Below are positions 1-9,071 of a stretch of DNA of 64,000 nt, one piece after another; positions within the stretch are counted from its first letter, which is position 1; the number at the start of each line of letters is the position of its first letter. Both the position numbers and the translations under genes were made by a program. This stretch comes from Burkholderiales bacterium (GTDB taxonomy: Bacteria > Pseudomonadota > Gammaproteobacteria > Burkholderiales > Burkholderiaceae_C). The notes below the pieces were generated by a model, which made no database searches, was not told the origin of the DNA, and worked only from the letters and a program-made list of their open reading frames with translations. The stretch spans positions 1,078 to 65,077 of the forward strand of contig JAUVYR010000001.1 of assembly GCA_030602985.1 (NCBI GenBank), read 5' to 3'.

Positions 1-525
1 AAGCGCGCGGGCAGTTACGTGACATTGCGCGACCTGATCGAGTGGACCAGCAAGGACGCGGTGCGCTTCTTCCTGCTCAGCCGCAAGCCCGATACCGAAT
101 ACACCTTCGATGTGGACCTGGCCATCCAGCAGAACAACGACAACCCGGTGTACTACGTGCAGTATGCTCACGCGCGCATCTGCTCGGTGCTGGCAGCCTG
201 GCGAGACAAGGATGGGGGCGATGTGCCCAGCCTGAAGGACGCCGACCTGTCGGCGCTGCAAGGCCCGCAGGCCCAGGCGCTGATGTTGCAACTGGCCAAG
301 TACCCCGAGATGCTCACCGCCGCCGCGCAGGACTTCGCCCCGCACGACGTGACCTTCTACCTGCGCGAACTGGCCGCGGCCTACCACAGCTACTACGACG
401 CCGAGCGCATCCTGGTGGACGACGAGAGTGTGAAAAAGGCCCGCCTGGCCCTGGTCGCTGCCACGGCGCAAGTGTTGCACAATGGGCTGGCCGTGCTCGG
501 CGTGAGCGCGCCACAAAAAATGTGA
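1..525 (+). CDS. argS: Arginine--tRNA ligase, C-terminal fragment (gene begins upstream of window)
   Basis: Frame open from base 1 ([15 protein letters not shown]...). C-terminal anticodon-binding region with [15 protein letters not shown] and [14 protein letters not shown]. Stop at 523-525. Confidence 0.9.
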   Translation, partial: KRAGSYVTLRDLIEWTSKDAVRFFLLSRKPDTEYTFDVDLAIQQNNDNPVYYVQYAHARICSVLAAWRDKDGGDVPSLKDADLSALQGPQAQALMLQLAKYPEMLTAAAQDFAPHDVTFYLRELAAAYHSYYDAERILVDDESVKKARLALVAATAQVLHNGLAVLGVSAPQKM

Positions 526-537
526 AAGGCTGACACG

Positions 538-1149
538 ATGAATCGCCAACCCCGAGCCTGGCTGCAACGCGGTGGAACCCTGCTGGGACTGGTGGCCGGC
601 CTGCTGCTCGGTCTGGGTATTGCCCTGGCTGTGGCGATCTATGTCACCAAGGCCCCGGTGCCGCTCATGGATCGGGGCGTTCAACGGCCCAGCTCTTCGC
701 CGGCCATCGAGTCGGAGCGACTGCGGAACTGGAATCCCAACGCCAACCTGTCCACGCAGCCGGCAGCCCCTGCGGCCCCTGATGCGGCGGCCACTGCCCC
801 GGCAGATCCCGTGCGTCCCTTGGCCGACGACCCCATCGGCCAATTGATCGAGCAGCGCGCGACGACAGCCCCCACCGGCGTCGTGACAGTCGAGGCCCCC
901 CCGCTGGTCGACCCCTTCATTTACTTTGTGCAGGCCGGCGCCTTCCGCACGGCCCCGGACGCGGAGGCCCAGCGAGCCCGACTGGCCATGCTGGGTTTCG
1001 AAGCCACGGTATCGGAGCGCGAACAGGCCGGCCAACCCGTATTCCGTGTACGCATCGGCCCCTTTGACCGGCGGCTGGATGCCGAACTGATGGAGCAACG
1101 CGTGCTGGGCAATGGCTTCGAAACCGCTCTGGTACGTGTGCAACGCTAG
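538..1149 (+). CDS. SPOR domain-containing (peptidoglycan-binding, cell-division associated) protein
   Basis: N-terminal TM helix, Pro/Ala-rich linker, and C-terminal SPOR-like FYFVQAGAFRTAPDAEAQRARLAMLGFEATV...FRVRIGPF. Confidence 0.8.
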   Translation: MNRQPRAWLQRGGTLLGLVAGLLLGLGIALAVAIYVTKAPVPLMDRGVQRPSSSPAIESERLRNWNPNANLSTQPAAPAAPDAAATAPADPVRPLADDPIGQLIEQRATTAPTGVVTVEAPPLVDPFIYFVQAGAFRTAPDAEAQRARLAMLGFEATVSEREQAGQPVFRVRIGPFDRRLDAELMEQRVLGNGFETALVRVQR

Positions 1150-1221
1150 ACCGGGCGGAACTTTTCTGTTCCTGTCTGCGCCCAAAAGATGTGTTTGATG
1201 CCGAATTGAGGAGTGACTTTG

Positions 1222-1860
1222 ATGCAACGCCGTGCTTTTTCGACTGCCGCCCTGAGCCTGACGGCTGCCACCGCATTGGGCATTCCCGCGGTGGCCTCTG
1301 CACAGGCTTCCGCCTTCCGTGAAGGCACCGACTTCCGCCGCCTGCGCCGACCCGCCCCGGTGGACGCCCCGGCCGGGCAAATCGAGGTGCTGGAGTTTTT
1401 TGCCTACACCTGCATCCACTGTCACAACTTCGTCCCAGTCTTCAAGGAATGGTCGAAAACCGTGGGGTCCGACGTGGTGATCCGCCACGTGCCGGTTGGT
1501 TTCAATGCGTCTTTTGAACCCTTGCAGCGTTTGTACTACACACTGGAGGCCATGGGCCGGGTAGAGTCTCACCACGAGCGGGTTTTCCAGGCCATCCATG
1601 TGGATCGTCAACGCCTGAATACGCCTGACGCGATGGCCCAGTGGGCCGAGCGCAATGGGCTTGACAAGGCCCAGTTCACCCAGGTGTTCAATTCCTTTGC
1701 GGTGGCCGGGCGGGCCCGTCGTGCGACCCAATTGCAAGACGCCTACGAAGTCGAGGCCACGCCATCGGTGGGTGTGGCCGGCCGATTCATCATCGGTGGT
1801 CAGGCTGCCCGAACCGTGCTGGTGGCCAACGCCCTGATCAACGAAGCCCGTCGGGGCTGA
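1222..1860 (+). CDS. dsbA: Thiol:disulfide interchange protein DsbA
   Basis: Signal peptide MQRRAFSTAALSLTAATALGIPAVASA and thioredoxin active site CIHC (FFAYTCIHCHNF). GAGGAG lies 8 nt before the ATG at 1222. The ORF-track start at 1213 is an upstream GTG. Confidence 0.88.
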   Translation: MQRRAFSTAALSLTAATALGIPAVASAQASAFREGTDFRRLRRPAPVDAPAGQIEVLEFFAYTCIHCHNFVPVFKEWSKTVGSDVVIRHVPVGFNASFEPLQRLYYTLEAMGRVESHHERVFQAIHVDRQRLNTPDAMAQWAERNGLDKAQFTQVFNSFAVAGRARRATQLQDAYEVEATPSVGVAGRFIIGGQAARTVLVANALINEARRG

Positions 1861-1957
1861 GCGACCTGGCCGGTTGCCGCTTGCGGCGACCGCAGTCTTG
1901 GGCACGGGCGCAAGGTATCGCTACAATGCGTCAGCAAATGCAATTTTCGTGCCGACC

Positions 1958-2602
1958 ATGAATCCTGAATCTTCTGTCTCACTGGCGCCGCGCTTCGCCT
2001 GGTCGGTGTGCCTGCTGCTATTGTGTCTGCTGATGGCCAGTGGCCAGGCGCTGGCTCAACGCGCCGACCGGCTGGCCCCGATGAACATCGAAGCCGACAA
2101 GCTGCAATACGACGATGCGAACCAGGTCAGCATCTTCACAGGCCATGTGGTCGTGACCAAAGGCTCGCTGATTTTGCGGGGTCAGCGCCTGGAAGTACGA
2201 CAGGATGCCCAGGGCAATGCCCGTGGCGTGATCCAGGGCGGGGACAACAGCCGGGCTTTTTTCCGCCAGAGGCGTGACGGCCTCGATGAATTTGTCGAGG
2301 GTGAGGCCCAGCGGATCGAATACGACAGTCTGTCGGAAACCGTCATCTTCACCGGTCAAGCTGTGCTGCGACGCTACCGTGGCACCACCCTCAGCGACGA
2401 AACCCAGGGCTCACGCATTGTGTACAACGGCGCTCGTGAGACCTTCACCGTCGAGGGTGGCACTGACGGCCGGACCACGGAGAACCCGACAGGCCGTGTA
2501 CGGGCTTTGCTAACCCCGTCTGGCACCAATGAGTCGACGCCACCTGCGACCGATTCGGCCCCCGCACTGACACCCAGCCCCCGCCTGGAGTTGCGCCCGT
2601 GA
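1958..2602 (+). CDS. lptA: LPS transport periplasmic protein LptA (OstA-like)
   Basis: Signal peptide followed by OstA-type repeats ([35 protein letters not shown]). It sits directly upstream of lptB-rpoN. Start chosen at the internal ATG (MNPESS). Confidence 0.85.
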   Translation: MNPESSVSLAPRFAWSVCLLLLCLLMASGQALAQRADRLAPMNIEADKLQYDDANQVSIFTGHVVVTKGSLILRGQRLEVRQDAQGNARGVIQGGDNSRAFFRQRRDGLDEFVEGEAQRIEYDSLSETVIFTGQAVLRRYRGTTLSDETQGSRIVYNGARETFTVEGGTDGRTTENPTGRVRALLTPSGTNESTPPATDSAPALTPSPRLELRP

Positions 2603-3357
2603 CGGCTTCAACCCCTGCCAGCCAACTGGTGGTGCGTGGTCTGAAAAAGGCCTACGGTCGGCGGCCTGTGGTCAAGGATGTATCCCTGACTGTACGCAGT
2701 GGCGAGGTCGTCGGGCTGCTGGGCCCCAATGGCGCGGGGAAAACCACGTCCTTTTACATGATCGTCGGGCTGATCCGGGCCGATGCGGGCGAAATCCTGC
2801 TTGATGAGGCGCCCATTCAGCGCCTGCCCATCCACCGCCGCGCCACGCTGGGCTTGGGCTATTTACCCCAGGAGGCCTCAATCTTTCGCAAGCTCACGGT
2901 CGAAGAAAACATCCGGGCCGTGCTCGAACTGCAGGAAGACGAACGGGGTCAGCCACTGAGCAAAGCGGCCATCGACGCCCGCCTCACCGCCCTGCTGGAG
3001 GATCTCCACGTCTCGCATCTGCGCGAATCGCCGTCGCCGGCCTTGTCTGGCGGTGAACGCCGCCGTGTCGAGATTGCGCGGGCGCTCGCCAACAACCCCC
3101 GTTTCATCCTGCTGGACGAGCCGTTTGCCGGGATCGACCCGATCGCCGTCATCGAAATCCAGCGCATCATCGGCTTTCTGAAAGAGCGCGGCATCGGCGT
3201 GCTGATCACCGACCACAACGTGCGCGAGACGCTCGGCATCTGCGATCACGCCTGCATCATCAGCGATGGCCGCGTACTGGCCCAGGGCACGCCGGCCGAG
3301 ATCATCGAGAACCCCGACGTGCGCCGGGTCTACCTCGGCGAACATTTCCGGATGTAA
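2599..3357 (+). CDS. lptB: LPS export ABC transporter ATP-binding protein LptB
   Basis: Walker [10 protein letters not shown], signature LSGGERRR, Walker B ILLDEP. The GTG start overlaps the lptA stop (GTGA). Confidence 0.93.
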   Translation: MTASTPASQLVVRGLKKAYGRRPVVKDVSLTVRSGEVVGLLGPNGAGKTTSFYMIVGLIRADAGEILLDEAPIQRLPIHRRATLGLGYLPQEASIFRKLTVEENIRAVLELQEDERGQPLSKAAIDARLTALLEDLHVSHLRESPSPALSGGERRRVEIARALANNPRFILLDEPFAGIDPIAVIEIQRIIGFLKERGIGVLITDHNVRETLGICDHACIISDGRVLAQGTPAEIIENPDVRRVYLGEHFRM

Positions 3358-3365
3358 GCGCGGCC

Positions 3366-4904
3366 ATGAAGCAAGGCCTGTCGCTGCGGGTTTCACAACA
3401 CCTGGCGCTCACCCCCCAGTTGCAACAGTCGATTCGATTGCTGCAACTCAGCACGCTTGAAATGGCGCAGGAAGTCGAGCAGATGCTCGACGAAAACCCC
3501 TTTTTGGAACGAACGGCCGAAGAGGCCGAGCGGGAATCGTTCGGCGTCGACCGCCTCGACGCACCGGTGAGCCTGGGTGACCAGATTGCCGAGCGATCAA
3601 GCACCGAGCCAGAGGCTGAAGCCCGCGAGGACGACCCGAGTCTGGACAGCAGCTGGGAGGGCGACGGCTCGGTCGAGATGCGGCCGGACGACAGCGAATG
3701 GGGGGGTGACGCCCCGCCACGCACCCACAATGGGGATGACGACACCGCCACGGCCACCGACTTGGCCAGCCAGCCGGTCCGCCTGCAAGACCACCTGCAC
3801 GAACAAGCGCTGGGCCTGCGGCTGACCGATGACGAGGCGGCTGCCCTGTATTTTCTGATCGAGTCCCTCGATGACGATGGTTACCTGAACGAGCCCATCG
3901 AGTCGCTGGCCGATGCATTGCTGGTTCAGGAAAGCTGTGCCCGTGGGCTGACACCAACCGATGCCGATCAGGCGGAGCGACAGGAGCAGTGGACCCAGAC
4001 CTTGCGCACCGCGCTGCACTGGTTGCAGCACATGGAGCCAGCAGGTGTCGGCGCCCGATCCCTGGCCGAATGCCTGAGTCTGCAGATCCAGGAATTGCGC
4101 AACACCCCGGAAGCCCAGGCCGCGCTGGCCATGTGCGCCCAGCCGATGGAGTTGCTGGCCCGCCGCGACACCCGCCGACTGGCTGCCCTGTGCGGCTGCA
4201 ACGAAGCCATCGCCAAGGCGGCCCTCGCCCTGATTACCCGGCTGGAGCCCAAACCAGGCCGGCGCTTTGCCGATGTCGAGCGCCAGGTGGTGGTGCCGGA
4301 CGTGATCGTCACCCCTCAGGGGCGTGGCTTCAAGGTGCAGCTCAACCCGGACGTGATGCCCCGCCTGCGGGTACAGGACATCTACGCCAACGCCGTGCGC
4401 GGCGCGCGGGGCGAACAGGCGCAGGGCATGCAGCAACGCCTGCAGGAAGCGCGCTGGTTCATCAAGAACATCCAACAGCGCTTTGACACCATACTCCGCG
4501 TGGCCAGCGCCATCGTTGAACGCCAGCGCAGCTTCTTTCAGTACGGCGAACTGGCGATGCGCCCACTGGTGCTGCGCGAGATCGCTGACGAACTCGGGCT
4601 GCACGAATCCACCATCAGCCGCGTGACCACCGCCAAGTACATGGCGACCCCGTTTGGCACCTTCGAGCTGAAGTACTTCTTTGGCTCGGCGCTGGGTACC
4701 GAAACCGGCGGCAACGCGTCCAGCACGGCCGTGCGCGCCCTGATCAAACAGCTGGTGGCCAGCGAAGACCCCAGCAAGCCCCTGAGCGACAACCAGATCG
4801 CCGACATGCTGAAAGAACAAGGCATCGAGTGCGCCCGGCGCACCGTGGCCAAATACCGGGAAGCCCTCAAGATTGCGCCGGCCAACCTCCGAAAATCACT
4901 CTGA
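3366..4904 (+). CDS. rpoN: RNA polymerase sigma-54 factor
   Basis: N-terminus MKQGLSLRVSQHLALTPQLQQSIRLLQLSTLE, acidic region II, and C-terminal RpoN box ARRTVAKYR. Confidence 0.96.
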   Translation: MKQGLSLRVSQHLALTPQLQQSIRLLQLSTLEMAQEVEQMLDENPFLERTAEEAERESFGVDRLDAPVSLGDQIAERSSTEPEAEAREDDPSLDSSWEGDGSVEMRPDDSEWGGDAPPRTHNGDDDTATATDLASQPVRLQDHLHEQALGLRLTDDEAAALYFLIESLDDDGYLNEPIESLADALLVQESCARGLTPTDADQAERQEQWTQTLRTALHWLQHMEPAGVGARSLAECLSLQIQELRNTPEAQAALAMCAQPMELLARRDTRRLAALCGCNEAIAKAALALITRLEPKPGRRFADVERQVVVPDVIVTPQGRGFKVQLNPDVMPRLRVQDIYANAVRGARGEQAQGMQQRLQEARWFIKNIQQRFDTILRVASAIVERQRSFFQYGELAMRPLVLREIADELGLHESTISRVTTAKYMATPFGTFELKYFFGSALGTETGGNASSTAVRALIKQLVASEDPSKPLSDNQIADMLKEQGIECARRTVAKYREALKIAPANLRKSL

Positions 4905-4910
4905 CCCGCC

Positions 4911-6167
4911 ATGCAGCATCTTCATCTGTTCTTGCCCTGCGCCGCGGGGGTTGAAACCTTTCTGGCCGAGGAGGCCAGCCGCATCACCCAATGCCCGCCG
5001 AATGATGTGCAGGCCCACCGCGCCGGTGTCTCACTCACAGGCACCTGGCGCGACATGATGGCCCTGAACCTGCACAGCCGGCTCGCGCAGCGCGTGCTGG
5101 TGCGCCTGGCTCATGAACCCTACCGTGACGAACACGACCTCTACCGCGTGGCCCAGCAAGTGGCCTGGGAAATCTGGTTCACCCCGCGCCAGACCATCAA
5201 GGTCGAGATCACCGCCCAGCACAGCCCTTTGAAAAGCCTGAACTTTGCCGCGCTGCGGGTCAAGGACGCCGTGTGCGACCGGCTGCGCGAGAAAAAGGGC
5301 GAACGCCCCAGCGTCGACACCACGCGCCCCGACGTGCGGGTATTCGTGCACCTCACAGCCGACGCGGTGTCCCTGTACATCGACACCTCCGGCGAGCCTC
5401 TGTTCAAACGCGGCTGGCGCGAAGACAAGGGCGACGCCCCCCTGAAAGAAACCCTGGCTGCGGCCATGCTGGCAGCCAGCGGCTGGACAGGCTGGTCCGA
5501 GGATGGCTCACCCGTGCCCTTCTACGACCCGTGCTGCGGCAGTGGCACCCTGCCCATTGAGGCGGCGCAGAAGGCGCTGAACATCGCTCCCGGTCAGCAA
5601 CGCCGCTTCGGCTTTGAAAAATTGCTGCCCTTCCAGGCCCACGTCTGGCAGGCGCTCAAGCAGGAAGCCGCATCCGCCGTGCGGCCCTGGCCAGCGGGGC
5701 AGCCCTTCATCCACGGCAGCGACGTGGCCTTCCGCATGGTGGACTTTGCCCGGCGCAACGCCGTGCGCGCCGGGGTGGCGCACGCCATCGAATGGCGGGG
5801 TGGCGACGCGTTGCAGCGTATGCCTCCTTCATCCCCCGGTGTGCTGATGTTGAACCCGCCTTATGGCGAGCGCATTGCAGCAGCGGGCACCTCCGGGCAA
5901 TCGGCGCGCCAGCGTGCCTCTCAGGTCGCCAGCCGCGAGACGGCCGTGCACCACGACGGCCAGGAAAACACCACATTCTTCAATGAACTGGCAACGCACT
6001 GGAAAAAACACTACGGCGGTTGGACCGCCTGGATGCTGACCCCCGACCTGAAGCTGCCCGGCAAGATGCGTTTCAAGGAGACGCGCCGGGTCCCGCTCTG
6101 GAACGGCCCCATCGAGTGCCGCATGTTCCGCTTCGATATCCTGCCGCCCAAGCCCACCACACCATGA
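4911..6167 (+). CDS. THUMP-domain class I SAM-dependent RNA methyltransferase (RlmL/RlmK-like)
   Basis: THUMP-like N-terminal half, SAM-binding YDPCCGSGTL, and catalytic NPPYGERI motif. Confidence 0.85.
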   Translation: MQHLHLFLPCAAGVETFLAEEASRITQCPPNDVQAHRAGVSLTGTWRDMMALNLHSRLAQRVLVRLAHEPYRDEHDLYRVAQQVAWEIWFTPRQTIKVEITAQHSPLKSLNFAALRVKDAVCDRLREKKGERPSVDTTRPDVRVFVHLTADAVSLYIDTSGEPLFKRGWREDKGDAPLKETLAAAMLAASGWTGWSEDGSPVPFYDPCCGSGTLPIEAAQKALNIAPGQQRRFGFEKLLPFQAHVWQALKQEAASAVRPWPAGQPFIHGSDVAFRMVDFARRNAVRAGVAHAIEWRGGDALQRMPPSSPGVLMLNPPYGERIAAAGTSGQSARQRASQVASRETAVHHDGQENTTFFNELATHWKKHYGGWTAWMLTPDLKLPGKMRFKETRRVPLWNGPIECRMFRFDILPPKPTTP

Positions 6168-6604
6168 CCAACACCGCCCCCCGGCAGGTGGTGATCGACA
6201 CCAATTGTGTGCTGGATCTCTGGGTGTTCGACGACCCGGACAGTGCCGGCCTGAAGGGCATGATCACCAGCGGCAAGCTACAGTGGGTGGCCACGGCTGC
6301 CATGCAGGACGAGTGGTGCCGGGTTCTGGATTACCCACTGATCCAGCGCGCGCGACTTCAGCGTGGGCTCGATGCAACGACCATCTTGGAGGCCATCGAG
6401 CCCTGGGTGACCTGGATGCCTACCGCCGACCGCTGCTCAACCTTGTGCCGCGATCCGGACGACCAGCTATTCATCGACCTTGCGCTGGCCCACGGCGCTT
6501 TGCTGGTCAGCAAGGACCGTGAGGTGCTGGCCTTGCAATCTGCCCTGATGCGACAGGGTGTTCGTGTTCTGAAGCCGGTACAGATAAAAAATCTGATAGA
6601 TTAA
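6164..6604 (+). CDS. PIN-domain protein (putative toxin-type ribonuclease, orphan)
   Basis: VVIDTNCVLDLWVF near the N-terminus and DPDDQLFIDLALAHGALLVSKDREV near the C-terminus. The ATG at 6164 overlaps the upstream stop (ATGA). The ORF-track start at 6020 lies inside the previous gene. Confidence 0.75.
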   Translation: MTNTAPRQVVIDTNCVLDLWVFDDPDSAGLKGMITSGKLQWVATAAMQDEWCRVLDYPLIQRARLQRGLDATTILEAIEPWVTWMPTADRCSTLCRDPDDQLFIDLALAHGALLVSKDREVLALQSALMRQGVRVLKPVQIKNLID

Positions 6605-6622
6605 AAATCTTCAAACCGTCGC

Positions 6623-6652
6623 TTGCTTTTTGTCATTTGTCTGTTTTATACT
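6623..6652 (+). promoter_or_regulatory. Sigma-70-like promoter (TTGCTT - 18 nt - TATACT)
   Basis: -35 TTGCTT at 6623-6628 and -10 TATACT at 6647-6652, in an AT-rich gap. No + strand ORF lies downstream. Confidence 0.5.
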
Positions 6653-6658
6653 CAAAGC

Positions 6659-6761
6659 GGGCCGTTTTTCAACGGCTCCCCGCTTTTCCTCCCTGAGCGG
6701 GTGCCTTTGTGTGTGACAGCAAAAAGGCTTCCAACCCGGCTCATTGAGCCGGGTTTTTTTT
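6659..6761 (+). ncRNA. Candidate stand-alone small RNA (~100 nt) with CCUCCC loop
   Basis: It sits between the promoter above and an intrinsic terminator. Predicted stems are 6661-6676, 6679-6701 (loop UUUCCUCCCUG), 6703-6728 and 6734-6754. No plausible coding potential. Confidence 0.45.
6734..6761 (+). terminator. Rho-independent terminator
   Basis: ACCCGGCTC-att-GAGCCGGGT stem followed by a T8 run (6754-6761). Confidence 0.75.
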
Positions 6762-6775
6762 GTCTGCCGATTTCA

Positions 6776-7972
6776 TCATTTTGAGCCCGCCTGGAGCAGG
6801 TAGTAGTCCGCCATGACTGGTTGCCGCTGATCCTCGCGAATGGGGGCCTCCACCTGACGCACGACGGTCCAACCATGCTGAGCAGCGCATTGGCGGATGT
6901 AGTCCGGCGCATGGGTATAGCGCAGGCTGGGCTGGAGCTGAGCCCCTGTCCCGGCCTGGCCCGACTCGACCGTGAAGGCCAGGTAACCGCCAGGCTGCAA
7001 CACGGGCGCCAAAGCGGCAAAGGCGGCGGCCAGCTCGCCGACGTAAATGAACACATCCGCCGCCACGACAGTATCAAAGGGCTCGGTCGATGTGGGTAAC
7101 CAATCATGAAAATCGGCGCACAGCACCGCATCGTAGAGCTGGCGAGCCTGCGCCTGCGCCACCATGACGGGCGACAGATCGACACCCACCAGACGCATGG
7201 CACGAGGACGCAGCCGCAGCGCACACAACCCCGTGCCACAGCCCAGGTCGAGCACGCGCCCCAAGGGGCCTGACGGCAACAAGTCAATCAGCGTTTCGTG
7301 GCCCCGATACCCAAGCGTACCCACCAGATGGGCATCAAATTCGGGAGCATATTCGTCAAACAGGGTTTGTACATAGACCCGGGGAGGGCGCGGCACATGC
7401 CCTTGTCCGGTGACTGCAGCGAGCAGGTATTGGGTCCATGACGCGTCCGCTCCCTGTGCCTGGCCCTGGCGATACGCATCCGCCGCGTCGTCCCAGCGAC
7501 CCGCGATCCGGTGCATCTCACCCAGCTCCACCCAGGCATCGTCCAGTCCAGGTTCGTCGGTCAGCAATTCGCGGTAAGCGGCGAGCGCGTCCTCGAAGCG
7601 GCCCAGGCGATTCAGGACACGCGCACGGCGCCATCGCCATTCCGGGGCGTGCAAGCCCAGCATCAGGGTTTGATCCAGCGCCTGCAAGGCTTCGGGCCAG
7701 CGACTGGTGGCTTCGCAGGCCGTGGCCAGGGCCGCCCAGCCATCGGCCATCTGCGGATCGGCGGCCAGGGCTTCCTGCAGGGAGGCAATGGCTTCTGCAA
7801 AGGCCCCAAGCCGGGTGCGCGTCACACCCAGATTCAGCAAGACCGAGGGCCGACCCGGCACATGTTTCAGTGCCTCGATGAATGCCGCCTCAGCGGCTGA
7901 AAGTTGACCGGCTTCAAACAGGGCAATGCCCTGCATGAAATGCTGTTTACCCAGTTCAAGTGCGTTGTGCAT
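6776..7972 (-). CDS. TPR-repeat protein fused to class I SAM-dependent methyltransferase
   Basis: N-terminal TPR-like repeats (AEAAFIEALKHVPGRPSVLLNLG...) and a C-terminal methyltransferase with VLDLGCGTGL. Start set at ATG 7972 (MHNALELGK), because the longer ORF would run into flhC. Confidence 0.8.
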   Translation of the reverse strand: MHNALELGKQHFMQGIALFEAGQLSAAEAAFIEALKHVPGRPSVLLNLGVTRTRLGAFAEAIASLQEALAADPQMADGWAALATACEATSRWPEALQALDQTLMLGLHAPEWRWRRARVLNRLGRFEDALAAYRELLTDEPGLDDAWVELGEMHRIAGRWDDAADAYRQGQAQGADASWTQYLLAAVTGQGHVPRPPRVYVQTLFDEYAPEFDAHLVGTLGYRGHETLIDLLPSGPLGRVLDLGCGTGLCALRLRPRAMRLVGVDLSPVMVAQAQARQLYDAVLCADFHDWLPTSTEPFDTVVAADVFIYVGELAAAFAALAPVLQPGGYLAFTVESGQAGTGAQLQPSLRYTHAPDYIRQCAAQHGWTVVRQVEAPIREDQRQPVMADYYLLQAGSK

Positions 7973-7995
7973 GGGCCGCAGTGTAGCGGCCCCGA

Positions 7996-8535
7996 TTACT
8001 CGAGGCGCAAGCCTCCGTCGGCCTTGCCTTTGCCCGCCCGTGCCGGGGGCTTGCACAAGCCACACACATAGTGACGAGGGTTTTCGTACTGATCGGTCAC
8101 GAAGTGCCCGCCGCAGCAGGAACACTTGGTCCTGACCAGCATGCCCGCATCCATGAACTTGCTCAGGCGCCAGGCCCGGGTGAAGCTCAGCAGGGGCTCA
8201 ATGCCGCAGGTGGCCATTTGCTCTTCGTAGAGCTTGAAGGCCTTCATCACCACGTCGATGGAATCGAGTGCAACGGTCTTGTTCAGGTATTCCGCGATGT
8301 TGGCGTAAAGCGAAGAATGGATATTGGGTTGCCAGCTCAGGAACCAGTCGGTCGAAAATGGCAGCTGCCCCTTGCTGGGTGACTTGCCGGCCACTTCCTT
8401 GTAGAGCTTGAGCAGCTTCTCGTAGGACAGGCTGGTCTCACTTTCCAGCACTTGCAGGCGCGCGCCCAGCTGGATCAGCGCCACGGCGCGTTCGATGTCC
8501 CGACTCTCATTGACGATGCTCTTGACGGCGGCCAT
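7996..8535 (-). CDS. flhC: Flagellar master regulator subunit FlhC
   Basis: KSIVNESRDIERAVALIQLGARLQVLESETSLSYEKLLKLYKEV plus a C-terminal Cys cluster (CSCCGGHF...CGLC). GGAG lies 8 nt before the ATG at 8535. Confidence 0.93.
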   Translation of the reverse strand: MAAVKSIVNESRDIERAVALIQLGARLQVLESETSLSYEKLLKLYKEVAGKSPSKGQLPFSTDWFLSWQPNIHSSLYANIAEYLNKTVALDSIDVVMKAFKLYEEQMATCGIEPLLSFTRAWRLSKFMDAGMLVRTKCSCCGGHFVTDQYENPRHYVCGLCKPPARAGKGKADGGLRLE

Positions 8536-8568
8536 GGTGTGCACTCCTGCTGCAATGGGGATGGAGAA

Positions 8569-8907
8569 TCAGGCGGCGGCATCCGCCAGGCGGCTGGACA
8601 TCAGGATGTTGGCGTGCAGGCGCTGGGTGGTGTCATTGCCCACCCGGTTGGGGGTGTGGCTGCTGGTCAACAGTCCCCAGACCATGTCTTCGTCGGCACG
8701 GAATCGGCACAACAGGGTGTTGGTGGTGGAGAGCTTGAACACCTGCGCAGGCGACAGGGCCTCGATGAGTTCAGCCGACTCCTCGCTGATGCCCAGGCGA
8801 TAGACGGCTTCGGCTTTGTCCGCACGGATCAGCTGTTGCGCCAGCATGAGGTAGGTCATGTTGGCTTCGCGGATCTGCTCCATCAATGCGTTGCTGGCTT
8901 CGTTCAT
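8569..8907 (-). CDS. flhD: Flagellar master regulator subunit FlhD
   Basis: LMEQIREANMTYLMLAQQLIRADKAEAVYRLGISEE...LLCRFR. GGAGGG lies just upstream of the ATG at 8907. Confidence 0.92.
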   Translation of the reverse strand: MNEASNALMEQIREANMTYLMLAQQLIRADKAEAVYRLGISEESAELIEALSPAQVFKLSTTNTLLCRFRADEDMVWGLLTSSHTPNRVGNDTTQRLHANILMSSRLADAAA

Positions 8908-9071
8908 TTCACCCTCCGGTTCCCTTGTCAACGCCGCCGCTTGAGGTGGATAACACGGCTGAAAAACGTTGATTCGTTGAAATGGATTGTGAAATCGGCC
9001 CTACAAACCTTGAATCCGAAAACGGCTGTTCGATGCGTCAGCCGAACCCACCGCCGGTGTCAGACAAATTC

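Noticed and set aside
3597-4820. 407-aa ORF antisense to rpoN. Similar long antisense ORFs occur at 10322..11260, 13529..14419, 16096..16815, 17581..18534, 21066..22163, 25226..26536, 27198..28247, 30125..31063, 34167..35951, 37409..38950, 42560..43531, 45323..46387 and 50875..51891.
   Set aside because: All lie opposite genes with unmistakable family motifs. They are Arg/Gly/His/Pro-rich with no recognisable domains. They are the expected stop-poor antisense frames of high-GC DNA.
6652-7287. 211-aa minus-strand ORF overlapping the sRNA candidate and the TPR-methyltransferase 3' end.
   Set aside because: It is out of frame with, and largely nested in, the well-supported 6776..7972 gene. The sequence is Cys/Trp/Arg-rich.
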